NCBI GenBank assembly: GCA_964019425.1 | Contig: OZ025796.1 | Location: 992,001-1,056,000, forward strand | Reading direction: 5' to 3' | DNA from: Flectonema sp. DT1601 | Lineage: Eukaryota | DNA length: 64,000 nucleotides | Shown here: positions 44,638 through 56,758 of the stretch, one piece after another | Position numbering within the stretch: the first letter of the stretch is position 1 | Layout: each line of letters starts with the position of its first letter | Made by a program: the position numbers and the translations under genes | The notes under the pieces: generated by a model | Seen by the model: the letters and a program-made list of their open reading frames with translations, nothing else | Database searches by the model: none | What the model was told of the DNA's origin: nothing

Positions 44638-47298
44638 CTATATGACTTGACTTGAGAATGGAAGGTAACGGTTGTATTCCTCAAGCTGTTCCGAATGTCG
44701 TTGCCGTTGCCAGCGTGCGAAGCCTTCTGACAATGGAAGTTCCTTCGGCTTTTGACCTGCTCTTGGTGAGACGTATCCTCTACTCTTACGGCTTTCTTCA
44801 TAGCTACTGCGGAGAAGGGCACCTTGTTGGCGAACTGTTTTTATCCTGTCATGACGCTCTTTTTTAGACAGTTCGTTGGGTGTATAATCTTTTCTTTTTG
44901 ACTTCTTTTTAAAATAAAACATCGCAGATCCTGTTTGTTGGAGATGTATCAATCCCTGTTGGATGTCATCTTTTCCTCCGATTTTTAAGTCGTTCACGTA
45001 AACAAGTCTCCAGCCTTCTACAACTCCACAACGAGCGGCAGCGCCTCCTGCTTCGATTTTATCAACCTTGACATGTCCCTTATGATCTCCCTTCCAGGTA
45101 ACGCCAAGTCGTTCCCCAGGATATTGAAGCTGCAGGTTAAAACCGTAATATTTACTTCTTGGATCTTGTAATTGTTGTTGATGGCTATAAAATGTTTGTT
45201 GACTGCTGTACTGCTGCTGTAGGAGTTGCGCCTCTGCTACTTTAGTATTGTGTTTTTTAAGAAGTTTGGCTCTACGATGTTCACCTTCTCTGATAGCGAG
45301 GACTTGTTCAACGTGAGCATCAAAGTATTCCTCCATTCGTAAAGATCTAACACGGTCAAGAAGGGAAAGCTTGTCTTCGAGTTCTTCAATCTTTTCGCGA
45401 CATTCTTCGAGAGATTCGACAACAGGTCCAGCTGGATTCGCTTCGGTATCAAGTTGAACCTGAGCAAGTAATTCTGCTTTTCGTAGTTGAAGCAACTCAC
45501 GTGCGACGGATTCGTATTTTGTAGTTGTTTCAGTCAGTGGATCTGTTGCTTGATTAATGTCTCGAGATTGTGTGAGGCGTTCTCTGACTGATTCTTCCTG
45601 TGTCGCCAACATGACTGCTTTCCTCCTCTCCGTGTCCATTTCCGTCAACATTGCCATGTAATTATCTCCTTCTGGCTTTAATGTCCATGCCATTCTCTTC
45701 TTATGTTCAACATCACTAAACATTCCAACAGTTGCAATCTTTGGTGGACTCATATTCCTTGCCGATGCCTTTCTTGTCTTCAGAGGAGAGGCCTGACTCG
45801 GCTCTGCCACAGGCTTGTCAACTTCTTCGTCGGTTTTATTTTCAACTTTGGTTTTCGGACTATAAAATGAAGTGTATGACTGCGTCGGTGGTCGTGAGGG
45901 TGGCGGTGGCTTCTTTTTCTTTTTATCGGACTTCGCTTCTAGTTCCACAGAAACTTTACTAATGCTACGAGTTATTTCTTTAGGTGAAGCAGACCGTTGG
46001 CGGGTTAATGCTGCCAACTGTTCGCCTCGAACAACAGCAGAACCAGGAGCCCCCTGTGGCAAGGTGATCTTCTGTGGAACTACACCAGGTGGTGGTATTT
46101 GAGTAATCGATGGAGTTGGCAGTACAGTTGGATTAGGAACTTCTGGTGCTGGTGCTGGTGCTGGTGCTGGTGGCGGTCCTTTTGGTAATTCAGATGCTTC
46201 TGGAGCAGGTGGTGGCTCAGGGGCTTTCGGGGCATCAGTAGAAGCTGGTTCCGGTGGCGTAGGAGCTCCCGGAGGAGCAGGCGGTCCCGGAGCAGCAGGG
46301 GCGGGTGGTGAAGCTGTCGTAGAAGTAGGTGCAGTTGGTGCTTTTGGGGCTCCAGGTGCAGCAGGCGGTCCAGGGGCCTTTGGTGCGCCAGGTGCAGCAG
46401 GAGGCCCGGGAGCTTTCGGTGCTCCAGGAGCAGCAGGCGGCCCAGGAGCTTTCGGTGCTCCGGGTGCAGCAGGCGGTCCAGGAGCTTTCGGTGCTCCAGG
46501 TGCAGCAGGTGGTCCAGGGGCCTTTGGTGCGCCAGGTGCAGCAGGAGGCCCGGGAGCTTTCGGTGCGCCAGGAGCGGCAGGAGGCCCAGGGGCTTTCGGT
46601 GCGCCAGGAGCGGCAGGCGGTCCAGGTGCCTTTGGTGCACCAGGAGCGGCAGGAGGCCCAGGGGCTTTCGGTGCGCCAGGTGCAGCAGGTGGTCCAGGAG
46701 CTTTCGGTGCGCCAGGTGCAGCAGGGGGTCCGGGAGCTTTCGGTGCGCCAGGAGCGGCAGGAGGCCCAGGGGCTTTCGGTGCGCCAGGTGCAGCAGGTGG
46801 TCCAGGAGCTTTCGGTGCGCCAGGTGCAGCAGGCGGCCCAGGAGCTTTCGGTGCACCAGGAGCGGCAGGCGGTCCAGGGGCTTTCGGTGCAGCAGGTGGC
46901 CCAGGAGCTTTCGGTGCGCCAGGAGCAGGTGGTGGTCCAGGGGCTTTCGGTGCCCCAGGAGGAGCAGGTGGCCCAGGTGCTTTCGGTGCGCCAGGTGCAG
47001 GTGGTGGTCCAGGCGCCTTCGGTGCACCAGGAGGAGCAGGTGGCCCAGGTGCTTTCGGCGCACCAGGAGGAGCAGGCGGTCCAGGGGCCTTTGGTGCACC
47101 AGGAGGAGCAGGTGGTCCAGGAGCTTTCGGTGCGCCAGGTGCAGGAGGAGGCCCAGGAGCCTTAGGTGCGCCAGGAGCCTTGGGAGCACCAGGTGCAGGA
47201 GGCGGTGCCGGAGGTCCCGGTGCCTTCGGACCTCCAGGCGGCGGCGGCGCCTTCGGTGGGCCACCACCTGGCGGTGGTGGTGGTGGCGGTGGTCCCAT
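44638..47298 (-). CDS. Proline-rich repeat protein with coiled coil and C-terminal PDZ-like domain
   Basis: (KAPGPPAAPGAP)n N-terminus; coiled coil LEECREKIEELEDKL; PDZ-like ERLGVTW...VKVDKIEAGGAAARCGVVEGWRLVYVND. Confidence 0.85.
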   Translation of the reverse strand: MGPPPPPPPPGGGPPKAPPPPGGPKAPGPPAPPPAPGAPKAPGAPKAPGPPPAPGAPKAPGPPAPPGAPKAPGPPAPPGAPKAPGPPAPPGAPKAPGPPPAPGAPKAPGPPAPPGAPKAPGPPPAPGAPKAPGPPAAPKAPGPPAAPGAPKAPGPPAAPGAPKAPGPPAAPGAPKAPGPPAAPGAPKAPGPPAAPGAPKAPGPPAAPGAPKAPGPPAAPGAPKAPGPPAAPGAPKAPGPPAAPGAPKAPGPPAAPGAPKAPGPPAAPGAPKAPGPPAAPGAPKAPGPPAAPGAPKAPGPPAAPGAPKAPGPPAAPGAPKAPTAPTSTTASPPAPAAPGPPAPPGAPTPPEPASTDAPKAPEPPPAPEASELPKGPPPAPAPAPAPEVPNPTVLPTPSITQIPPPGVVPQKITLPQGAPGSAVVRGEQLAALTRQRSASPKEITRSISKVSVELEAKSDKKKKKPPPPSRPPTQSYTSFYSPKTKVENKTDEEVDKPVAEPSQASPLKTRKASARNMSPPKIATVGMFSDVEHKKRMAWTLKPEGDNYMAMLTEMDTERRKAVMLATQEESVRERLTQSRDINQATDPLTETTTKYESVARELLQLRKAELLAQVQLDTEANPAGPVVESLEECREKIEELEDKLSLLDRVRSLRMEEYFDAHVEQVLAIREGEHRRAKLLKKHNTKVAEAQLLQQQYSSQQTFYSHQQQLQDPRSKYYGFNLQLQYPGERLGVTWKGDHKGHVKVDKIEAGGAAARCGVVEGWRLVYVNDLKIGGKDDIQQGLIHLQQTGSAMFYFKKKSKRKDYTPNELSKKERHDRIKTVRQQGALLRSSYEESRKSRGYVSPRAGQKPKELPLSEGFARWQRQRHSEQLEEYNRYLPFSSQVI
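46340..47225 (-). repeat. Coding tandem repeat, 36-nt unit, over 20 copies, synonymously diversified
   Basis: Plus-strand units such as ggagctttcggtgcgccaggtgcagcaggtggtcca, varying at third codon positions. Confidence 0.9.
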
Positions 47299-47307
47299 CT
47301 TTGTGTA

Positions 47308-47340
47308 CTGACGGAAAAAATAAAATTATAATAAAAACAT
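47308..47340 (-). promoter_or_regulatory. Putative trans-splice acceptor for the Pro-rich gene
   Basis: Minus strand TATAATTTTATTTTTTCCGTCAG, 9 nt upstream of the ATG. Confidence 0.55.
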
Positions 47341-47706
47341 TCTTTCAACAACAACGAGTCAGCAGTTTTTTAGAAGCCGCACAACATACTCTTATCCAAC
47401 AGCTGAAAAGAATGAAATAAATCGCTTTACACAATTAACTCACCACTCATGGATCACCCTGGAAAGGAATTGATACACATGAAGCTGATTTACTGTGACG
47501 TGTCATTACGTTACAAAAATTAAAAGGGGGTGAACGAAAAGTGTAAATATCAATAGCGAGGGACATATGTAAAGACGAATATCTCCGAAGGTAATTCTTG
47601 CGAACTGACTCCAGTCATCAAATTAGTAGTACTCGCTAATTATAATAATTGAACAATGTAGAATGAAAAGAAAAAAGAAAAAAAAAGAGGGTTGTTTTTT
47701 TTTGGG

Positions 47707-50700
47707 TCACATCTTCGCTCTTTTTAGCATAGCGACACAATAGTCGTCAAACGTCATTGCGTCGCCTCTCGCTGACGATTTGAATATTTTTTCAATCTCT
47801 CTGTCGGAAGGTTCTAAACCACACCACTCCAGACTTAGATACAATTTACGAAATTCAGATTTACTGAGGGTTCCATCAGCGCTGTTCTTTTCAAACAACT
47901 GAAAAGACTCCTTTAAAGCATTGTCACTATAGACAGAACCACTCACATCATCACTAATAACATGAAGATCATGGACAGATAAATCCGATGAATTATTAAT
48001 ATTAAGAGAAAGTATCGACATCAGAGTTGCTATAGATCCTTTTGAGTCAATACAACAACCGATTGTGTTTATAGCTGCTGTGTTTCCTCGTAGAGTACTT
48101 ATTTCATTGAGGATATCGATGGTGATGTTTTCCTTAGGACATGTTCGCAATAATAAGAATAATTGTTTACGACGAAACATGTCTGCTAGAGTCGCAGCAC
48201 ACTCTTCTACCATATGAATAAAACCAGTTTCTGTACTGTACTTCTCCAAAGCATTACATAAAGTTATACGGCTTGGAACAGTAGTTGCTAAGTCACACAC
48301 GTATGAATGCGATGAATCGTTTCGTTGTAAATCTGATATTACAAAACTAAGTTCCTTCGCAGACAAACTACCTGCGATTCTTTTAGCATGACTCTCCCAT
48401 GATGCAAGTGTCTCTCTTTGAACTTTGTGTAATTCTCTGCTGAGCGATTCCGAATCAACTTTTTCACAGCAAGTCATCAACAATGAGGTTGCTCGTTCTT
48501 TTCCTGGAATAATCTTAGCAGTCATTGAAGGTATGTCATTAGGGTCAGTGATTGTTTCTAATCCGGATACAAGAAGACATAAATCTTTATTCGTTATCAA
48601 TGTGGCAACCTGTTTTGTGTTTGTTTTCGTTGCCGTCTATCGACAAATTTAAAGAAATAAGAACAAACCTCAGATGCTGTTGACGAGAGTAATTTCATTA
48701 ATTCCAATTGAGTTCTTTCTAGCTCTGGGATTAGTACATCAAGACTTTGACTGGTTAATACGGTTGTGATAAAAAATGGATTTTCTGGAAATATCTTTGG
48801 AACGATTTCGCAAACCGAATCAGTCTCCGCAGTTTGCAATCCAGAAACTAATTTTGACAAACTTGAGAATGAAAAAGTTTTCGTTAGTAGTTTGATTAAA
48901 TGATTTGGATCTTTTGCTTCAAATAGTTTTTTAACATCAGCCATGAACCCAAACGGATCTACACAACCAGGAACAAGACTCCTCAAGTACCTTACTAAAC
49001 TATCGTTTTCTTGAGATGTTGACAATTCAATTATTTTATTTATAACCAACTCCACATCTATTGCGTCTGAGACTGGTCCAAGAGCACGGCAAAGCAGAGC
49101 TATTTCTGACCCAGATAATGAAAGTAATGAGATGCTGATATTTCGAACATCACAGTGAGGACTTTCGCAGTCCACGCGAGATGCATCCGGTAAGCATGCT
49201 CGTTTTGAAGAAAAATTGTTATGAGCAGTGATGAATTCACCGAAATCAATCTTTCCATCTGAATTCGTATCACAAATTTTCATAATCAGAGAAACAATCT
49301 CACCAACTGCATCAGTTGTCACAGCAGTACTGGTTTCGTTGTTACTTTGCTGTGATAACATCACCTCTTTAACAACTTCTGTTATCTCTTCTCTGTCTAA
49401 ATCTCCACTTTTGTTCTTATCAACCTCACTAAAGGCTTTGATTAGTAGTTCTGTTCCGGTTGATATCTTTTCATTTATCTGCTCCAAGAAAGCAACTGTT
49501 TGCTTCTCTCTAAGCAACTGGAATGATAAATCGTTAAATGTAAAGTGTCCGTTTATCTCCATGCCGCCATCACTGAAGGATACGAGATAGCTGTATAGGC
49601 AGTTTGGTTTATTGACTGCGTTGGAATCAACGCAGAGGAACTCTGCCAAGGCTGTCGGGTTCCATAACTTATCAGGATTGTTGATTATGTATTGTTTTTG
49701 ATCAAAAGAAAGAGATGATATAACGAATGACAACAACACTTCAGCATCAGCAATCTTCTGCGCGTATATAAAAGGAATCATCGCTCCGATTCCCTCATCT
49801 TTCGCAAAAGATTTAAAGAACTGCGTCATCGTCAAAGTACTTCCATCACAAGTAATTTCTTCAACCAATTGAACTGCTCTCTCACTACCCACAATGGTGC
49901 TTATTATCTCAAGTAATTCCTGTTGATCTAAGAACCCATCAGAGTTCTTATCCAAATCTCTAAAAGTACTTTTTAGACCAATTATTTCATCTTTTGTAAG
50001 CTTTTTAGCTAAACGATTTCGTTCCTTTCTTATAAATTCAATGGGAATGACGCTACTACAAGTCTTCTGAAACGATTGAATAAACTCATCGAGGGATATT
50101 TTTCCATCATGATTCAGATCATTAACTTCAACAATACTTGACAGTATAGATGATATCTGTGATGGAGTGTTGTGTAATGGTGGCTTAACATCTGATAATA
50201 TTTTTGTTATTGTATTTGATAATTCTTCTTTGTCTAGAAAACCGTCTCTGTTGGTGTCAAGACAATCAAAGACATGCATTATACTTCTGTAGTCATATTC
50301 TGATAGAATTCGTTGTAACTTTGATGTTGGTATGCAGTAAGGTGTAACATCAAACAAATCTCTAAAAGCACAAACATATTGGTGAAAACTATCAAAAGAT
50401 TCCGGAGTGTCAGTTATTGAAAAGATCACCTTCATCACTTCCTTTCTGTCTTCAACGCTCTCAATCAATTTTAACAACAAGTTATTAATCAAACCAATCG
50501 GATCAGTCGGTACGGATTCTTGAGTATTCAGAGAATCGAACATGTGCGTTATTTCTTCATACTGTCGGTCTAAGTCTAAATCTGATACTCTAGAGAGTAT
50601 TCCTAAGAGTTTTGACTTATTCTCAACAAGATTTGGAATTCCTGTTTGGGGATACATATACCTGAGTCTATCAACAGCAACAGAAAGAGGTAAGTCATCA

Positions 50701-53700
50701 TCATATTGAACTGAGTGGAGGATCGATGAAACAGCTCTCTGTCGAATGTCAACGTTGTTAGGAAAGTAATTTATAAGTAGGAAGTCGAGAAGCTCAACAA
50801 ATTCTGAAGTTTCTTCACTTTGAGTTATGTTATGTAATGTGGTACGGATCCTTTGATAAAGTGACCTGTCGTTGTCACATAAATGAAGTAACTCGTTATT
50901 ATGAATAGATATATCTGACATGATACTTGATAAAAAGACTTGTCGACAAGCAGGAACGAAATCAACAGCCATTCTTAAAGAGTCCGCGTGATCTACGCAA
51001 CTAATGACTACTGCGATTACGTCTTTACAAATATTTTTAGAAATGTCTTCCAACACTCTCTGTAAATACATTAAAGTAGTCTCATCTTTACACACTTCAG
51101 TTAGTAAGTACCCAGCTAGTGTGTGTAGTACTGATCGATATATTCCGTCTTGTACGCATACTTCTTTTAAATCGGTGCTTGGACTTTTTGTTATTTCCAT
51201 CTTTGTTCTAAACCGAGAGAGTAATTCGTCTGCCGTGGTATGCACAACATCATCCAGGACGTATCCAGCAGTCGCAGTTATGAAACAATATATTTTATAT
51301 TTTGTGTTCTCATCAGTGTCTGAGAAACATGAATCAATAACGTCTTCGAGAAAGTAACTCACATCAGAACCTGGACATGGATCTCTGCCGTCAAAACAAT
51401 GTAAAATACGAATATACAACTCACTGTCTTTGACGATGCTTTCATTCGGACAAGAAAATTGCCTCCGACAGGAATTGAACCAACAACTGAAATACGATGA
51501 AAAATCTTTCTCAATCTCTTCTCCATGATACTGTTGAACAATCTCACACGTAGCTTTAATAAAGTCAGCACGCAATAAGACAGGCATAGCTTGAGGAACA
51601 TGACTCGCTATAAAGGCCTCTTGCTGATCTGGTTCAATAGGAGGAGGTCCCTTTCCATCAAACATGTGCTGCAGGCAATATATTTCAGACAGTGCTAAAC
51701 CTTCAGTAAAATCAATGTTGCTACCAGTAACAGGTTGATAGGCCTTCCCAAACAAAGTCGCAATCTCACGCAGATCAGTACCTGCCCCAAACACATCAAT
51801 AATCATACGTATCACTTCATTTTGCACATCAAGTTCAATTCCCGGATGAATATTCTTTTTTAGATATTCTTCTAGAGAAAGCCCTTGATCATCCGATGCC
51901 GATGTCAAGATCGGGTTGAAAATCGCAATAGTTGCCTGGTAATGAGAATCACAATTCAAGATGTGGTTCAGTTTGTAGTGGAATGTTGGTGTTTGTTGTG
52001 TACCTTGTCGATTAGCTATCCAGGAATCAAGCTCTTTTGATAAAGCGAATAATCGTAGAAAAGATGCAATACTGAACAGCTTATCTTGTCTTCCTTGAGT
52101 GTTTTGATCAGCTGACAGTAGTAAAGATAACACCTCGTCAACAGGCGATGATGTTCCACTTAGACAGTCAGAGAGAATCTGACGTAACTCTTCCTCAGAG
52201 AACAGGTATTCAGTTGATAGTTGATTTTGTTTTAAGATTGCCATGTGAGATGACATTTCATCATTACTACCACTCGGTAGTCTTCCAACAGCAGCAAGTT
52301 TCTGAGCAAAACTATAAGGAATAAGTGTGACACCATCTGAACTACTAAAAGACGTTAAGAACTCATCAATACTAAGTAATCCATCACCATTTAAGTCAGC
52401 TTTAGATAAAAGCTCATCAGCTATAGTCGCTGCTTCATTTTCTTCAACAGACATTCGGTCGGATACTAATTTACACAACACAGGATGCATTTCTGAGTGA
52501 TCAAGAAATCCATCTCCGTTACTATCAAGTTTTGCAAAGGCCAGTACCAGTTCTCTGCGAAGCTCAATGAGGTCTGACTTAACACTTTGAGGAACTTCAA
52601 TAATTTTATTTTTAAGTAACGAAGCTATTAAATCTTTTACAATCACAACACCACTTTGATTTGTATGATACGATACTTCAGTCACAACTACTTGTCGTAA
52701 TGCATCGTGTGATGCCTCACTGAGGCCGAGTTCTATTTTTACAAGAAGATCTTCGATGGTACTTTGCATTGGACTTTCATCCTCAACAGAAGTAAGTGCG
52801 TTTATCAAAAACTGATACTGCTTACAAGATAATGATAATGGTGTTCTTGTTGGTATCACATCTTCTACTGCAGAGTCTGAAGATAAAATATCAGGTAACA
52901 CCCGGTGATCTTCTGCATAAGATCTTAAAAACTCGACTAGAGAGAGCATACCATCAGAGTCTAAGTCAGATGTCTGTAAAGTTAGTTTAGCTGCCTCAGT
53001 ACACTTTTCAGTTGGATATTTGAGAATCTTATGAAATAAAGCCTCCAGTTCACTAATATTGAGATGTCCATCGCCATCGATGTCAAATATCTTAAAAGTA
53101 CGCTGAAGGATAAGAACTTCATCAGCAGAAAGATTCCTTACTAAATTAGACGATATCTCTCTCAAGTATTGTGAAGATACAACTGGGAATCCACGAACAA
53201 AAGCTGCTACAAACTCTGCTTTAGAAATTGCACCATCAGTGTTGAGATCAGCATTTCTAATTGTAGCGTTGACAATACTATCGATAATAATTGGAGTTAT
53301 AGTTGGACATGATTTTAGTTCTTCAGTTATTACTGTGCGGAGTTCATTAGAGGTTATGTGTCCGTCTCCGTTTGCATCAAGAGTAGCGAAACAATAGTGC
53401 ATAAATAACAACTCTTGTCGGGTAAGAATACCTTCTAAGTCACTCAAAGTAGGTTGTTCTTCTAGAATTGCTACTGTAGCTGGGAGTACACCATCACCTC
53501 TTTCGACTGAAGCGATGTATTCCGTCACATCAACAAAACCATCACCATCAGTGTCTGCTTTGCTCATTACAATATTTACTAATTCGTTCACCATCTGTTC
53601 TGACTTTTCAGGAAATGAAGTTCGAAGCAGTTCCCTGACCTCTGTTCGATCAATGAGATTGTCACCGTTACTATCGACTACTTTAAAGGCTTCGACTAGC

Positions 53701-53726
53701 GCATCTTGTGTAATATCACTCGACAT
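47707..53726 (-). CDS. Giant multi-EF-hand calcium-binding protein; join(48669-53726, 47707-48609), ~1986 aa
   Basis: 13 canonical loops (e.g. DSNGDNLIDRTE, DTDGDGFVDVTE, DLNHDGKISLDE, DTNSDGKIDFGE) plus a degenerate C-terminal pair. Start MSSDITQ follows a polypyrimidine-AG at 53736. Confidence 0.88.
48610..48668 (-). other. GT-AG intron (59 nt, phase 0)
   Basis: GAG|GTTTGTTCTTATTTCTTT...AACGAAAACAAACACAAAACAG|GTT; joins the two ORFs in frame. Confidence 0.8.
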
Positions 53727-53840
53727 GATGTTGAGCTGATGAAAATGAACAGAAAGAATATCATAATGAGTTGAACAACAAAACAACAAAATAAACGAAA
53801 CGAAAAAAGTGTAAATGACTAAACGAACAGAACAGCAGCT

Positions 53841-56435
53841 TCAACACATCTTTTTCGATTTAACGAAACGCTTTACCTCATCATTAATAATGCTTCCCAG
53901 ACTTGGAGTTCCCGACATAATTTCACTCACTGGAGTATTTATTGTCTTCTTAGTAAGCATACATTCTCGTGCAGAGGTGAGGTTGGCTTGATGTTTTTTT
54001 AAGTTTTGTTGGGCGCTTTGACAGACGTGTACCATTAAAGTCTCTCTACAACTACCACACACATTAGAGTTTGTTGATTTTAATGTTTTTCGGGAAGAAC
54101 GTTGTAATTCTGAAATTAACTGAGAATTGTGTTTCACGATTGAAGAAACGATTCCCTTTTGTTTTATTACCACAGCGTGAAGTTCACGTGTTTGTAGTAC
54201 AAGCTGGTTGTACAGCTTTACAACGGTGCATTTTTCGAAGTGTGCCGTACGAGCATGTCCCCACCATCTCTTTATCAATGCTTCCTCACGTTCAATAAAC
54301 CTGACTTCAATATTTCTAACTTCAGCTAAAAACGATGCTGGCATCCTATCTGGATCAGAGGCATTTGAAGGCAATGATTTAGATGGTGTTACAGACCGGT
54401 CAAATTCATGTGCCTTAACACTGAAATGTTCAATTAGCCCAACAAGGATACCTTGTGAAGCAGCATGTCTTGTTGATAAATCTTTTATGTATCCAAAGTC
54501 TTGGTCTCCGTAAATTAAATTAGAATATTGTTGTTCATTATTAGAACTTTGTTCATTATCGAAAGAGATACCAGCACTACTATTACGTGGTGAGTGTTGA
54601 TTATTGTGATAGTCAGTTGATTCGAATAAACAAGAAGTCTTTGAAACATTAACAGGACTTTGAGGTTCATCATTTTTAACCTCCGTCTTTCTAATTGACT
54701 CCAGTGAAGTCACAACCTTCTTTACGGTCGTCTGACTGACATCGGCGGAAGGGGCAGAAGTAAAATTTATTTCCGGAATGACCTGAAAATCGATGTTTTC
54801 GGTCTTTTTTTTTTTTTTCTTAGATCGTTGCGGTGGGTTCCTCAACATATTTTTCTGAGTATCTTGCTGCTCCTCAACAGGTTCAACATCAGTGACTTTA
54901 TCAGTTTTTTTATTAGCCTCAGCTATCGAATCTGAAGAAGGAATGTCAGCAGGTTTAGGAATCACTACTGTTGGATCACTCATCTCATTTAGTGATTTCT
55001 GTGGAGTCATTGTGTCAGTAGTACTATTGGATGAAATGGTAGAGTTCAATCTCCTAGTCGGACCAGTAACTCTTCTAAAAGATGAATACTGATGACTAGA
55101 TCTCTGTGAAAGTAATCCACCTGTTGTAATACTTTTACGAGGTTCACCAGAATCCAAAGGTTCACGATCCTGTTGTCGAAATGATGTATAACCTGGACTT
55201 CTGTTTGACGCCAGTTTAGACACTTCGGGTACAACTGTTTTCAAAGTATCCGCCTCAGTTTCAGTTTGCGGTTGTACAGACTTTTCGTCGATCACTTCAA
55301 TTTTAATAATTTCTTCCATCACATTATTTGATTGTCGACGACCATCTAAAATCAGATTGTCGTCATCAGACGACGATGAAGTGCTGTCAGAGTGTTTTAT
55401 TATTTCATTAGAATTGTTTTTATTGTCTGGTTCGATATTTATTTGAAGATTATCTGTTGAAATGGAATCTGATACGAACTGACTACCACCAGAGACACTT
55501 TCTCCAGATACCAGAACAGTAGTATTACAGTTTGATGGGAAGTGTTGACTACGACGAGAATCATTTCTCAGGCTTGATTTCACTGTAACGGGAGGGATAG
55601 GTACAGAAGGAGACTTTTGCTTTATCTCAATTGAAAACCCAGGTGTTGGAGTTCGAGAACATGATCCTCCATCATCGTCATCATCATCATCATCATCACC
55701 CAGAGGAATAAACCTTCCCACAATGGTTTTAATCATTTCCAAAAACTGTTTTTGAGCTGCAGCGATGCTTCCATCAAGTGGTAAAGGCGTTACCCCAGAA
55801 CCTTTTAATTCTTCTGTTAGTTTTGTATTTAATTTCTCAAACAGATGACTCTCTGCACCCGGAGTGTGAGCCAGAAGCTTTGTTTGATCATAAAGAGCTC
55901 TCGCCTTATCCGATATACCTTTTGTACGACCCCATCCAGCTTGTGATAACTTTTGTTTTGTTTTATTTAATTCTGTTTCGACATCTGACAAACGAAGAGC
56001 TGCCTGGGAAAGTTGTTGCCGAGATATACTAGAAGAGCTCTGTAGAGCTTCCGCTCCTATTTTTAAATCCGTAATCTGAAGTCGAAGTCTTTCATTCTCT
56101 TCGTTTGCTGTCGTTAGCAACGCAGACATTCTACTATTAATACTACTGGATTGATATCGATTGCTTTCTCCAATATCAGTTGTCTGACATTCTGAAGATT
56201 TAATTGCTATTTCAACTTGAGTCGCGACAGATACTTTTAAAGGAGGTTGTTCTTCAGTAATCATCGCTCCCGTAAGTGGGTTGATTTCTCTGCCGGTTTT
56301 AATGTTATTTTTTAGATCCTTACGGGATTCGTGAATTTGATGAAAACGAGCATCACCATCAGTCTCAAACAGACTACTTCCACTGTCACTGACAGGTTTT
56401 CGTAACAAACGCTTCGACGATCGTTTTCGATGCAT
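53841..56435 (-). CDS. Hypothetical protein, coiled coils flanking a disordered S/D-rich middle
   Basis: 864-aa uninterrupted ORF; no recognised domain. Confidence 0.75.
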   Translation of the reverse strand: MHRKRSSKRLLRKPVSDSGSSLFETDGDARFHQIHESRKDLKNNIKTGREINPLTGAMITEEQPPLKVSVATQVEIAIKSSECQTTDIGESNRYQSSSINSRMSALLTTANEENERLRLQITDLKIGAEALQSSSSISRQQLSQAALRLSDVETELNKTKQKLSQAGWGRTKGISDKARALYDQTKLLAHTPGAESHLFEKLNTKLTEELKGSGVTPLPLDGSIAAAQKQFLEMIKTIVGRFIPLGDDDDDDDDDGGSCSRTPTPGFSIEIKQKSPSVPIPPVTVKSSLRNDSRRSQHFPSNCNTTVLVSGESVSGGSQFVSDSISTDNLQINIEPDNKNNSNEIIKHSDSTSSSSDDDNLILDGRRQSNNVMEEIIKIEVIDEKSVQPQTETEADTLKTVVPEVSKLASNRSPGYTSFRQQDREPLDSGEPRKSITTGGLLSQRSSHQYSSFRRVTGPTRRLNSTISSNSTTDTMTPQKSLNEMSDPTVVIPKPADIPSSDSIAEANKKTDKVTDVEPVEEQQDTQKNMLRNPPQRSKKKKKKTENIDFQVIPEINFTSAPSADVSQTTVKKVVTSLESIRKTEVKNDEPQSPVNVSKTSCLFESTDYHNNQHSPRNSSAGISFDNEQSSNNEQQYSNLIYGDQDFGYIKDLSTRHAASQGILVGLIEHFSVKAHEFDRSVTPSKSLPSNASDPDRMPASFLAEVRNIEVRFIEREEALIKRWWGHARTAHFEKCTVVKLYNQLVLQTRELHAVVIKQKGIVSSIVKHNSQLISELQRSSRKTLKSTNSNVCGSCRETLMVHVCQSAQQNLKKHQANLTSARECMLTKKTINTPVSEIMSGTPSLGSIINDEVKRFVKSKKMC

Positions 56436-56758
56436 TTAATGTGCAACTTGGAAGATGTGAAAATACATTTTTTTTATTTTATTTTTTTTTAAATCCGCCC
56501 ATAACTCTCAGTATGCTAAACAGATAGAGAAACATGACTTTATTATAAAAGAAGAAATCAGGATTCGAATTTCTTGCCAGAAAACTTTCGTCCCAGCCTC
56601 TTTCCGTGTAAATTAATATTAAAAAGAATGAAGAAAAAAAGAAAAAAAAAGAAAAGGAAGGGGAAAATACCTCCATTGTGTATATTATTAAGGTTGATGT
56701 TACAGAGTGTACTAATAATAAGTGATAACTTTTAATGACCAGAAGAGAAAGAGAAAGG

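Noticed and set aside
46080..47354. 424-aa H/L/R ORF, 278-aa antisense Q/V ORF and a collagen-like antisense frame
   Set aside because: Shadows of the 36-nt repeat; third-position variation identifies the Pro-rich frame as the coding one.
48225..48237. CAGTTTCTGTACT, matching the euglenozoan spliced-leader core
   Set aside because: Only 13 nt, antisense within a CDS (encodes STET), with no SL 5' part or TTG|GT donor; no SL RNA gene was found.
56545..56610. TTCGAATCC T-loop-like motif suggesting a tRNA
   Set aside because: No cloverleaf stems could be built; no tRNA or rRNA was recognised anywhere in the window.
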